Below, one piece after another: positions 1 to 16,249 of a stretch of 64,000 nucleotides of DNA. Made by a program: the position numbers and the translations under genes. The stretch lies in assembly GCF_009914755.1 (NCBI RefSeq), contig NC_060934.1; one strand, written 5' to 3'. Source of the stretch: the human T2T-CHM13v2.0 reference genome, Homo sapiens. Each line of letters opens with the position of its first letter. The stretch's first letter is position 1. The notes beneath the pieces are model-generated. The model had not been told where the DNA came from, searched no databases, and saw nothing but the letters and a program-made list of their open reading frames with translations.

Positions 1-201
<201 letters not shown>

Positions 202-459
202 TGATGGGTTTGTCAGAATGTAACCCCATGATTACATCAAGGAGCATCTGTACTTTAAAGGGTGAATTTTATGGTATGTGAATTATATCTCAATTTTAAA
301 ATTTCACAGATCCCTAAGCAGGTATTCATGGAGTCTGGACTGAGTCATGTTCTCAGTTTTGGCAACCCAGGGTCCTGCATCACCTCTTGGGAATCCTGGG
401 ATCTCCCTTGGTGGGTGAGGACACTGTGTCTCACTCCATAGTCCCATTTTTGTGGGTAA

Positions 460-702
<243 letters not shown>

Positions 703-1129
703 TAGCCTGTTTCTGGCACATAAACAAGAGGTGCTTACTGTAGAACTGTTCCTTAGTTTCTCCACCCGTGAAGGAGGTCTGTGAGCAGCCCAGCCATGGC
801 CACAGCCTGGGCTCTGCGGACAGTGATGTCTGCAGTGGGTCAGACATGCCACATTGACTTCCTTTCCAGATCCTCTTTTCCTCTGTCTGTCTTTTGTGTC
901 GCTTTCCACAATGGCCTGTGTGAGCCTCAGGACCAGTTCCTCTTTTGGGATGCTGCTTCCTTCTAAGATTGCAGCTGAGGGTGGCGTTGGCCCCCTTGTC
1001 TGTCTGTTCAGTCCTCACTGCACACCCACTTCCCCCAAGTCTGGCCCGTTTCAGTTGGTGGCAACCCCATGCTTCTAGGTGTTCAGGCCAAACACTGCAA
1101 AGCTGTCCGTGGTTTCTCTCTTTCTCTTA

Positions 1130-1820
1130 CACTTCAGAAAAGATGTGCCAGGAGGTTCACTGGCCTCACCTTCAGCATGGATGCACGGCGAGCCATGTCC
1201 TCACCTGTCCTCTGCTGCTAGCCCCGCCTCCAGCATCACCTGCACTGTTGGAGTAGCCACCTGATGTTTCTGCTGGTTTCTGCCCTTGTCCCCAACCAAC
1301 TCTTCTAACACAGCAGCTAGCAGACCTTGTCAGAACTTAAAACTCAGGTCAGAGCACTTCTCTGTCCTAAGCTCCCTAGGGGCTCCCTGTATCCTCACAG
1401 TAAAAGCCAGTGTCCTTACTGTGGCTTCCAGGACACCATCATCCAATACCCAGCCTCATGCTCACCTTGTCACAGCCGCACCGGCTAGCTCATGGCTCTT
1501 TCAATACCCTAGGAACGCCCCTCCCCCACAGGACATTTGCATAGACTAGCCCTGCGACCGGAGGTCCTTTTTCTCCAGAGAGCCACAGGGCTGCCTTGTC
1601 ACTTCCTTCAGTCTTTACTCTCATGTGAGGCCTCCCCTGTATACCTTGTCTAAAATTTCACCTCTTCCCTGCATCTCCTTGTATACTATTTTACTAATTT
1701 ATATAGTTTATTTCTGTGTCTCTTGCTAGTGTGCATGAGGCAGGGATTTTTGCTCTGTATTTCTGGCTCCTAGAACAGTGCCTCACACATAGGTGGTGTC
1801 CCAGAAATGTTTGTAGGATA
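1130..1820 (+). mobile_element. L2 remnant
   Basis: Ends in the L2 3' motif cctagaacagtgcctcacacatagg...aaatgtttgt. Confidence 0.55.
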
Positions 1821-2894
1821 GCTACAGGAAGAGAGAATGCATGAGCCCATTTTATAGATGAGAAAATGATCCTCAGAAAGGTGGACTGGAACCTGGTCTC
1901 TCCACTCCCTGCCCAGGGCTCTCTGGCTGAACCACAGTTGCCACCTCCTCTTCCCCATATCCCTGACTCCAGAACAGTCACGTGAACCTCGTGGGTTTGA
2001 GCGTTCAGAACTCCCTTAGAAGCTCCCCTTGTCAGCGGGGTAATTATGGAACTGGCAGCTACCTCTGGGCATTTGCACGGAAAGGATGGTAAGAGCCTGT
2101 TCCCGTGGGCGGGGGCTTGGTCTGTGTGAGGCACTGAGTTTGGCAAGTTAGAGGGATTTCTCAGTTAAACCTCACAGCTTCCTGTGGAAGGGGACTGGTC
2201 ATGTCCTCCATTCTGCAGACAGTGAAGTAGGGAGCTTTTATATGGGCAGAAATGAAAAAGATTGGTAACGTGTTGAACTAGGCAGGATGTGGGAAAACTG
2301 GCTTTCTTAAGCATGAAGCAGCATTGGTTGCTGTATACAATGCAACAACCTTTTGGAAAGGTAATTTGGCAGTATCTCGGAAAGCTGTTTAAGTGCACAT
2401 CTTTAGCTCAGCCTCCTGAATTCTGGTAACCTGTCCTAAAGAAGTAAACTATCAGGATGCAAGGCTGTGTGCACAAGGATTTTGCGGCAGTGAACCGGAG
2501 ACTCGCTGTCTCCTTTCAGTTCTGTGTTCTTCCCACCGCAGGGCATCTGCACGGGCCGTTCCCTCTGCTGCCGGGCATGTGTCTTCACACGGCCGGGGCC
2601 TTCCTGTCTTCATACGTCGGCATAGGCCTTCCGTGACTGTCATATCTAAAATATGTTCCTTCCCTATCTTTCTCATCTAGCTCAGCCTCTCAGCCCCTGG
2701 TAGCCCACATCACAATGTATACAGTGTATCATAATCGTGTTCCCTGGTGGACTCCCTCCCTCCCTCCCTCTCCTTCTCTTGTTGGAAGATCTGCTCCATG
2801 AGGGTCCGGGTCTGTGCCTGTCTGGTTGACAGGGTCAGTACTTCGCAGCTGTTTGTTGAATGAGTAGTGATGCAATGAAATGGCTTTTGCCACC

Positions 2895-2996
2895 ATTAAG
2901 CAGACAGGGTTGGAATTACGTGTATTGGCTGGGAGGGGTGTTTGTATTAAGCAGACGGGGTTGGAATTACCTGTATTGGCTGGGAGGGGTGTTTGT
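2895..2996 (+). repeat. 51-bp tandem duplication (2 copies, 2 mismatches)
   Basis: attaagcagac(a/g)gggttggaattac(g/c)tgtattggctgggaggggtgtttgt twice. Confidence 0.95.
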
Positions 2997-3145
2997 GTTG
3001 TCCTGTTAAGGGCAAAAGCTTGTTGCACAAGGAAGCTTAAGAGGTGGGCTTGGATGGGGATGGGAAGGGCATAAGCGTTTTCTCTATAGACCTTTGACTT
3101 GTGACAATAAGTACAAGTTACTTTTGTAATAAAAAACATCTGGCA

Positions 3146-3480
3146 GGCCGGGTGTGGTGGCTCACACCTGTAATCCCAGCACTGTGGGAGGCTGGGGCAG
3201 GAGGATCACTGAGGCCAAGGAGTTTGAGGGGAGCCTGGGCAGCATAGTGAGATTCTTGTCTCTACAAAAAAAAAAAAAAAAATTAGCCAGCTGCGGTAGT
3301 GTGTGCCTGTAGTTCCCCAGATACTTGGGAGGTTGAGATGGGAGGATTGCTTGAGTCTGGGAGGTCAAGGCTGCAGTGAGTCATGATCGTACCACTGTAC
3401 TCCAGCCTGGGCAACAGAGGGAGACTCTATCTCAAACAACAACAACAACAACAACAACAACAGCAGTAACAACAACAAAA
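3146..3480 (+). mobile_element. AluJ-like with (AAC)n tail
   Basis: ggccgggtgtggtggctcacacctgtaatcccagc... dimer. Confidence 0.93.
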
Positions 3481-3689
3481 CCTGGTTAACCAACAAAGAA
3501 AATTTTAAAAAGGGGAAGAAATATCCCATTAGGGAGTATCAGGACTTGAACTCTGGTCTTTCGGACTCCCAGCCCATGTTCTTACCCATAACCCAACCCT
3601 TGCCATGTTTCCACACACAGCCTGTTAGTATAGCCTCACTGCAGTCCTCAGGGGAGGGCAGAGTATGAGTTATTAGCTATTTCTGTTTT

Positions 3690-4215
3690 ATTTTGTCAAT
3701 TGAGATCTAATTTTCAGATAGTGAATCAAGGCATAGCTTGATGAATTGCTACGGTTGTATCACCTGTGTCTCCCTACCCAGATCAAGGTGTAGAACATTT
3801 CCAGTGCCCCAGAGGTTCCCTGGTGCCCCTTCCCGGTCCTTTCCCCCACCCTGCCACCCCTGTAGGTGGTCACTCTCCTGACCGCCTTCCCAAGGATCAG
3901 TCCTGCCTATTCTTGAACTTTGTACAAGTGGACTAACACAGTATGAGCTGTTTTTATCTGGTGTCTTTCATTCCACATCAGCCCTGAGGGAGTCACCCGT
4001 GTCGCTGCAGGTATCAGTATCGTTCATTTCATTGCTGAGTAGGGTTCCATGGTAGGGACAATTTGTTAATTCTTTTTCTTATTGTTGGGACTTTGCCATG
4101 TTTCCTTTTTTGGTGCTTGTGGATAAAGCTACTGTGAACATTTTTGTGTCTTTTGATGAACATGAACACCCGCTTCTCTAGGACGTAGAGCCAGGTGTGA
4201 ACTGCTGGGTGCTGG
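3690..4215 (-). mobile_element. Old L1M fragment
   Basis: Diverged antisense L1 3' motifs (tagaacatttccagtgccccag, ttcattgctgagtag). Confidence 0.7.
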
Positions 4216-4909
4216 GGTAGAATCCTCCTTTCACCAAGAGGGAGACCGAGGAGGTTCCAGAGGGTCTGAGAGAGGAAGAGCCTTGCCCAGGGTCACATGA
4301 TAACTCAATTAGCCTGTCTAACCCTCTTCCTCCCTTCACCTTCCAGTCTTAACAACCTCCCACTCCCAGCTGCAGCCTTGTGGGAGAGTGGGCAGGCTGG
4401 AGTTGGGGGTAGGGGGGCTTCTGGAGGGCCATATTTCCAAGTCTCGTTTCACTGGGCGTGCCCACGAAGCAGCAGTCTTCTCTGCCTTCCTCGCCCACCT
4501 CCTTCCCCATCCCTGGCTCCAGAGCGAGTGGCCAGACTGCAGTTTGCCCTACGTGGTGGTTGGTGCTGGGAGAGATGAGGAGGGCTTGCTGTTTGTTGGA
4601 TGTTGGTGCTGGCCAGGCACAGACCCCGATCAGCACATAGGGGCTGTACTGGCATCTTGAGCCTGGGATGGTGCACATACGTGGATGAAGATCTGAGCAG
4701 AGCCCTGCACACACCTTCTACTCACGTGTGCTCCTGGCGGGTGCAGGTGTGCACAGCTGCCTCGCTCAGACCCAGCCTGTCTGGGGCCGGCGCATGCCTG
4801 GCCACAAGGCCGCCAACTCCCTGACCCGAGGTAGCGTTTGGGTCATTCCTCAGCGCCACTCGCACAGCTCTCCTGACTGTGCCAACTCTCTGGGTGGTGG
4901 TGCCTTTAG

Positions 4910-5297
<388 letters not shown>

Positions 5298-5329
5298 ATT
5301 AAAAACATTTTTTAATGAGGCCTTAATTT

Positions 5330-5690
5330 TCTTTTACCATGGTAAAATATACGTAACATAAAATTTACCATTTTGGGCGTTTAAAATTGTATAATTTAAT
5401 GTCATTAAGAGCATCCATATTGTGCACCCATCACCACCATCCAGCCCCAGAACTTTTCCTTCTTTCCAAACTGAAACTCTGCACCCATTAAACACTAACT
5501 CCCCACTCCCTCTCCTCCAGGCCCTGGCACCCACAGTTCTACTTCCTGTCTCTGAATTTGACCAAGGTATCTCATATTATTGGAATCGTACAATATTTCT
5601 TCTTTTGTGTCTGGCTTAAACATATAACATAATGTCCTCAAGGTTCATCCGTATTGTAGCATGTGTCAGAATTCATTTCTTTTAAAAAAT
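5330..5690 (-). mobile_element. L1MB 3' fragment
   Basis: taacataaaatttaccatt...ctgaaactctgcacccattaaacactaactcccc. Confidence 0.8.
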
Positions 5691-5699
5691 GTTAACATT

Positions 5700-6002
5700 T
5701 ATTTTATTTTTCTTTAGAGATGGGGTCTTGCTCTATCACCAGAGCTAGAGCGAGCACAGTGGCATGGTCCTAGCTCACTGCAACCTCAAGTTCCTGGGCT
5801 CAAGCAATCCTCCTGTTTCAGCCTCCCAAGTAGCTGGGACCACAGGAGTGTGCGCCACACCTGGCTAATCTTTAAAATTATTTTTTATCGAGGTGAGATC
5901 TTGTGTTGCCCAGGCTGGTATCAAACTCCTGACTTCAAGCAGTCCTCTTGCCTTAGCCTCCCAAAGTGTTGAGATAACAATCATGAGCCACTATGCCTGT
6001 CC
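5700..6002 (-). mobile_element. AluJ
   Basis: Diverged antisense Alu. Confidence 0.9.
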
Positions 6003-6068
6003 TGTTTTGTTTTTTTTTTTTTGAGGCTGTAATTGTTCTTTTGAGCATATTTGAAAGGTATCGCACAG

Positions 6069-6365
<297 letters not shown>

Positions 6366-6439
6366 GGTATCATACGTCTTTGGGATTGAGTGAGGGGGTC
6401 AGCTTGATGGTGAGAGTGGCAATAAATAGCATTTGTTAT

Positions 6440-6640
6440 GTTTACCAGGTGCTAGCACTTTCCTTACATTGTCTCATGTAATCCTTACCATATCCCTATG
6501 AAGTAGGTATTAACATTATCCTTATTTTACACATAAGGGAACTAGGCTCAGAGAAGTTCGGTAACTTAGCCAAGGTCACACAGTAAGTCACGGGCAAGCT
6601 AGGTTTGGATGCCAGTTCTGCCTGGCTCTACAGCCAGTGC
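6440..6640 (-). mobile_element. MIR
   Basis: ttattttacacataagggaactaggctcagagaag...caaggtcacacag core. Confidence 0.75.
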
Positions 6641-6993
6641 TGTGTGTTTCTGACCCCAGCTCTGGCCCTTCCTTCTTCAATACCAGGCTTAGAGTTATTT
6701 CTTCAAATCCTTCTTGTCACCTCTCTGGCCTGAGTGTGGAGCTGATTGGTGCCATGGTATGGGCCCCTCCTCCCAGCCCCAGGTCCCCTTCCTGGGCCCC
6801 AGCTTCTTCTGAAAGCCTCTTTATGCAGCAGCCTCTGGGCCAGGCGGGAGTGTCTGCAGGGAGGTGGGCCTCAGAGCCCGCAGTGTGAGGCTGGCAGGGG
6901 CGGCTTGGCCTGGGGTGGCCACACGGCAGGATGTCCCTCTTGGCAGGACTTTCCCTGAAAAAACAGCTACCAGGACTTCAGGATGGAAGGGAC

Positions 6994-7007
6994 AGATAAA
7001 CAGGAAG
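6994..7007 (+). promoter_or_regulatory. Candidate overlapping GATA + FOX:ETS composite motif
   Basis: AGATAAACAGGAAG in non-repeat intronic DNA; motif match only. Confidence 0.35.
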
Positions 7008-9239
7008 AGGGAGAAACTTAAAAATATTTTTCTTCCTCTCCCGTGGCCTGGCATTTTCTCCCTGCTCCTCCCTCTGCCACTGGAGGTTTGAGGTGGTGGA
7101 GCGCTTGCTCCCCTGCCCGAAGCTGCCCGGGGGCCTGGAGAGCCACAGCTGGCAGGTGCAGGTTCATTCTTGTGGGTTTTGTTTTGCCTGATGGGCTGGT
7201 GTGAGCCTAGGCATTCAGGGCCAGACGGCCTGAGTTTGAATCTTTGCTCCACTGTTTCTTTGCTGTGGGTTCTAGGCCAAGTCACTCAGCCTCCTGATGC
7301 ATCAGAATGGCCACAATCTGTAGCTGCAGGGCTATTTGGAGAAATGATATGGCAGTGACTCTTTGTCACGCTCCAGCTGTGACACTCAGGTGGATCTGTA
7401 CAGGGTTTTTCTCAGTTAGTCCTCATGGCCTCAGAGGTGGGTGTGGGCATGGACTTCACTGACAGGTGTTGAAGCATAGAGAGGTGGAGCTTCAGTCAGG
7501 GGCATCAGGCTGGTCGTGGTGGAGCTAAGGCTCGAGCCCACACAGTCTGCATTCAACGCCCTGCTTGCTCATTGGTCTGGTGTGTGGTACCTTGGCACGT
7601 GGTACTATTGGAACTGTGAACTTCTTTCTTAGTTTGGGGTTGGTGGGGTGAGCTTTGCACTCCAGATGTCCCAGAGCAGTACCCACCCTGTTGCTCAGGT
7701 GCCTCCACATGGTGCCTCCTCCCTGCAGCCCCACTAGGTGGACACAGGCCGTGGTCGTGCTTCTCTCCCATTGCCACAGCTGGGCAGCACATCACACCCC
7801 GCAGAGCAACACCTAAGATCCTGGCATGGTCCCCAGGGACTGGGGTTCGGCCTACCCCACCTCATCCTATATTCTGGCCTCACAAGCACCTTAATTCTTC
7901 CCACAATACTATACAGGAGGCACCTCTCTCTATGCTGCTCCCTCTGTGCAGAGTGTGCTTCCTCCCCCTTCCGGTCTATCAAATGTTGCTCATCCTTTAA
8001 GTCCCAGCTCTGTTCCTTTTTCGGGAAGCCTTCCCAGAGTTCCCGACCATTAGTTAACATCTTCCGCCACTGTGCAGCTCGGTATAATGGGAAAGGTGCT
8101 GGAGTCCCTGCGCTTCTGTCAGCCTCTCTGTGCCTCAGTTTCCTCATCTGTGGATTGGGGATTATAGGGGTGGGGGAAGGAGAAAGCTTGGACTCTCTTG
8201 CTCTGGTCCGTGTGGAGTTGGCTGGAGCCGGTGCAATATGGCCCTCTTAGGGTTAAGTTCCTCCCATGCCAGGGGCGGAAGTGAAGAGGACAATGTGTGA
8301 AATGAAGTCACTTCCCTGCCGGGGGTCTGCCGTGTGCCTGGCCTTCTGCAGTAAATCCTGTTTCCTCCTTGGCCTCTGTATGCCCACCCATTCCTGGCTC
8401 CCATGACCCCACAGGCCACCAGCAGGTGGGGGCTCCTGATGGAATGTTGGCCTGTCTTTCATCCGGCAAGGTCACTTCCTGTCTGGATAAGCCATCCCAC
8501 CTTTCCTGCCACTGAGGGAGGCTACATGAGGTCAAGTGCAATGCCCAGCCTGCTCCTTTTACTCCTGGGGATGCTGAGGCCCAGGGAGGGGAGAGAACTT
8601 CCTGGGGTCAGGCCTCCAGACCACACTCCAATTGTGGGGAGGACTGTGTGGGCCAGGGTGCCTCCTGTGGTTGTTTCTGGGGAAAACCAGGCCTCACAGG
8701 CCTGCTGCATGAGGTGAGGAAGTTTCTCGGCCTCCCTGGGCCTCCATGGAACCTGGGGGAACCTGAGTGTAAGAACCATCCTGAGAACTAACCCGGTCTG
8801 GCCAGGACATCATGGCCTTATTTAACCTTCACTGCCCTGCAGGAGAGCGAGGCTCAGAGAGGCCAAGCCATGGGCCTCTGGTGAGGGACAGCGCTGGGGT
8901 CTACACAGCTCCTTCTTACCCCACTGGCCAGTTTTCCCATGAGAAGGTGTTGAGCGTTCCAGCAGTGGCACCTCGGGAGCGTCCTCACCCCGTGGGGTCA
9001 GGGTCCCTTGGGCTGTGAAGCTGTTGCAGAACCATGGTTGCTGGTGTCAGCGGCCACTGTGTAGTTCTTTTTTGTCTTTCTTTTTTTTCTAAATAGTGTA
9101 TGTTTACTGTAGGGAAATGAGAGAAAATAAAGATATCTATCCAGGAAGATGAGAAAAATCATCTGAGATCCCATTTTCCAGAGATAAGCACGGTTCACCA
9201 TTGATGTTTTGAGATTTGTCCTTCCAGACATTTTTACTC

Positions 9240-9270
9240 TGTGTGTGTGTGTGTGTGTGTGCGCGCGTGC
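9240..9270 (+). repeat. (TG)n(CG)n microsatellite
   Basis: gtgtgtgtgtgtgtgtgtgtgcgcgcgtgc. Confidence 0.9.
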
Positions 9271-9442
9271 ATGCATACCTATGTTCATGCACATTTGTAT
9301 ACAAGAGGCCTCCCCCTTTTTAATGGAACAAAACTCTAAAATCCTGTAGTGTCTTTTTTTTTTTAAACTAGACATATAGTAGATATTTTTCTACATCAGT
9401 AAATAAGCTGCTATTTCATTCGAAGTTTGACATCCATAAAAG

Positions 9443-9570
9443 AGCCAAGGACAGTGGCTCATGCCTGTAATCCCAGTGCCCTGGGAGACTGAGGCAGGAG
9501 CATTAGTTGAGGCCAGGAGTTCGAGACCAACCTGGGCAACATAGTGAGACCCTCATCTCTACAAAAAATA
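9443..9570 (+). mobile_element. FLAM/Alu left monomer
   Basis: gtggctcatgcctgtaatcccag...tctctacaaaaaa. Confidence 0.85.
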
Positions 9571-9667
9571 CAGACTCCTGTATCCCATCACCACACCCTC
9601 TTCCTGCTCTCAACAGGACTTCTTGCCTGACTTCCAACATTATAGACTAGTTTTGCCTGTTTTTGAG

Positions 9668-10127
9668 TTTTAGATAAATGGAATCATGTAGTATTTGCTT
9701 ATGTTGGCTTTTTTCGCTCCATGTCCTGTTAAGGATGTTCATCTGCTGCTCCATCCATTTTGATGGCCTTAATGACATCCATGATACATTCAGCTTCAAG
9801 CACTGTTGATGTGAAAGACATTTCTAATCTTTCACTAATATCAACAGAACTGTACTGGATACCTTTGTGGCCCTGTCTTTCCCTGTTTCCTTTGGATACA
9901 TTGATAGAAGGATTGCAGGGTCAAAGGGTCTGCAGGACAGTTTTGTTGATATTAGTGAAAGACTAGAAATATCTTTCACATTCATAGTGGTTGAAGTGGA
10001 ATGTATCATGGACGTCATTGTGTAGTCATGAAAATGGATGGAGCAGTGGTGGATGAATATCCCTAACAGGATATGGGGCAAAAGAAGCCAATGTAAGCAA
10101 ATACTACATGGTTCCATTCATCTAAAA
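9668..10127. repeat. Long imperfect inverted repeat (~205-bp arms, ~40-nt loop) inside an old L1
   Basis: 9668-9875 is the reverse complement of 9916-10127 at roughly 80-85% by hand alignment; the ORF track shows near-identical peptides on opposite strands. Confidence 0.93.
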
Positions 10128-10150
10128 AGGCCACTTTAAAGATATTTTAG

Positions 10151-10630
<480 letters not shown>

Positions 10631-10778
10631 TAGGTTGGACATTGTGTCTCATGTTCATTGGCCATTTGTATTTCTTCTCTTTCTATTTTGCTTGTTATTT
10701 TTGGTCTGTTTTACTTTCAAAATGTACTTGTTTTCCCATTTGTTTGAAAAATAATCCATATGTTGAATGACAGATAAT

Positions 10779-11072
10779 AGGCCGGGCACAATGGCTCATG
10801 CCTGTAATCCCAGCACTTAGGGAGGCCAAGGCGGGTGGATCACCTTAGGTCAGGAGTTCGAGAACAGCCTGGCCAACATGGCAAAACCCCGTCTCTACTA
10901 AAAATACAAAAATTAGCCGGGCATGGTGGTGTGTGCCTGTAATCCTAGCTACTCAGGAGGCTGAGGCATGAATCGCTTGAACCTGGGAGGCGGAGGCTGT
11001 GGTGAGCCTATATCACGCCACTGCACTCCAGCCTGAGTGACAGAGCGAGACTCTGTCTCAGAAGAAAAAAAA
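10779..11072 (+). mobile_element. AluS
   Basis: Full Alu; aatgaca(g/a)ataata TSD. Confidence 0.95.
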
Positions 11073-11534
11073 GAGAATGACAAATAATAAAAATACATTG
11101 AAAATATTTTTATCCAGTTTGTCATTTGCCTTGTAACTTCGTGTTTTGTTTTTTTCTGATTGGTCAAAAGCTGATTATTTTTTATGCAGTCTGATCTGTC
11201 CACTTTAACTTTTATGTGTTCTGCCTCCAGAATTTTGTGTAGAAAGTTCTTTTCTGTCCCAAGATTATACAAATATTTACTTACATTCTCTTCTTTCATG
11301 TCTGTGGCTTCCTTTGTATCACGTCTTCTTTTATCCTTCCGCACTTCCTTTGGGAGCGTGATGTAAGATGAGGGGCAGCTATAAAGAGCATGCCTGGGAA
11401 GCCTGGCTGCCTGGCTTTGAGCCCTGCTCAGCCACCTGCGCACCCTTGGGGCAAGTTAACCCGGACCATCTGGGCCTCAGTGTCTGCACCTGCAAAAATG
11501 GGAGTAAGGCAAGGGTTATGAAGGTGAAATCAAA

Positions 11535-13880
<2,346 letters not shown>

Positions 13881-14540
13881 AGGATTAGATGACAGATGCA
13901 CGGCTGAGCACAGTGCCTGGCACGCTCTTGGAGTCCAGTACATGTTACCTGCTGCCATTATTATCCTTTCCCCCAACGAACCTGAGTGACACTGCCTGGG
14001 GGAGTGGAGGTGGAAGCCATTGGGTTAAGAATTCAGTGTTTGTGATTTCAAATCCTGCTCAAGGTGCTAACATGTTTGGTCCTCAGGAGTGAGTGAAGGG
14101 CCCAGGGGACTTGATAGGTGCCCCATTTTACTTGCCCCTCTGAGCAGCAGGGAGGGCACGACTCATCGAGAGACCCAGGGGTCTCAATCAGGCAACTCTC
14201 CCTCATGGGTGGAATCTGCCTCTCAGAGAGGAGCCCTCTGTCTTCCTTCTGACCTGAAAGGGCTTCCCTGGCCTCTGGCCTCCATGTGTCCTCCTCCTTA
14301 GCCTTCTCACCTGGGGGTGGGGGTGGTCAAAGGTCAGCGCCTTCCACCCAGCATTTTCTTTCAGGCAGTCAACACATGGTGGCCACTTATGGACTGTATG
14401 TTGTACTGTGGGACCTGGACTAAAACCCCATCTGTGCTGTCTGGTTTATTCTCACAACACAGACACCTGCAAAGTTGATCCTTTAAAAAAATTATCTTTC
14501 TATTAAAAAAATTATCTTTCTATTAAAAAAATTTTTTTTA

Positions 14541-15140
<600 letters not shown>

Positions 15141-15162
15141 TAATTGTTACATTTGTATGTTT

Positions 15163-15164
15163 TG

Positions 15165-15214
<50 letters not shown>
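15163..15214 (+). repeat. (TG)n microsatellite
   Basis: ~25 TG units with one interruption. Confidence 0.95.
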
Positions 15215-15215
<1 letters not shown>

Positions 15216-16205
15216 TGTATGTATGTGTTCATAGAGATGAGGTCTCACCATCTTGCCCAGGCTAGCTTTTTATTGTTTTAAAAAAATTTTCCCTGTTTTG
15301 TTTATCCAAGTGGCTCCTTTGTGCCAAGCACAGGCCAGGCCCTGAGGATGCCAGTGAAGGCCAGCACCAGGTCCTGCCTGGTGGGTCCCCAGGGAGACCC
15401 CTGTGGTGGGAAGGCACGGAGGGGAGGATAAGGAAGCCTCCTGATGCAGGGAGTGGGCTGGACAAGAAGATTGAGCCAGTCAGGAAGATGTGGAATGAGT
15501 GATTGGGGGGCTGGTGTGTGGCCCTCAAACTTCGCTGCTCCATGGAAGAAACAGCAGCATCTTTTCTGTCGCTGGAGGAAAACTGGCTGGGCCAGACCAT
15601 TTGAGAGACGGCCCAGCCTTGTTGTTTATGGAATATGTCAAGGATCTTCAAAGGCAACATTTCTGCCATCAACAGACTGCAAAACACCCTGCTCCCACCC
15701 CCTGGTCCAGTAAGATGCTCCTCGGCTTTCTTATTATTTTTGTTATTGATGTTGATTATTTGCCAAGGCCTGTTGATGGTGCCCATTCTAGGGACTGTGA
15801 GGAGGTGCACTGGCTGGAGTTTAGGGCATGGGAGTTGGGGAGCAGCAGGTTGGAGAAGGGCTGGGCCAGCCCAGCGTGCTCCTGGACTGCCACATGCTGC
15901 GCCCTGAGTCCAGCTGATATGCTTAAGGTGGAATCTGCCTCCTCAGAAGCAGGGTCACTGGCCCCAGCTGGACGTGCCCAGTGATGCGCATGAGCACGAG
16001 GTGCCATAGAGAGTGAGGAGCAGGAGAACCCTGTCCCAACGCCACCACCCACTGTTCTTGTGACTGTGGGCAGGTCTCCGGCCACCCGTGGACCCCAGTT
16101 TCCTCCTTTGTAAAATGAAAGGGTCAGACTTGGGTCTCAAAGGTACTTCTGGCTCTCAACTCTAAGATACACGTGGGTGCCCAGGGTGGGTTTCGACTCT
16201 GTATG

Positions 16206-16207
<2 letters not shown>

Positions 16208-16246
<39 letters not shown>
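16208..16246 (+). repeat. (TG)n microsatellite
   Basis: ~19 perfect TG units. Confidence 0.95.

Positions 16247-16249
<3 letters not shown>

Noticed and set aside
9668-10127. Calling the hairpin a miRNA gene or MITE
   Set aside because: The sequence is L1-derived, with no transposon TIR/TSD or recognised mature miRNA; kept only as an inverted duplication.
14483-14533. Short tandem duplications (20 bp here; 13-17 bp near 31555, 38288, 57841)
   Set aside because: Ordinary slippage duplications with no evident function.
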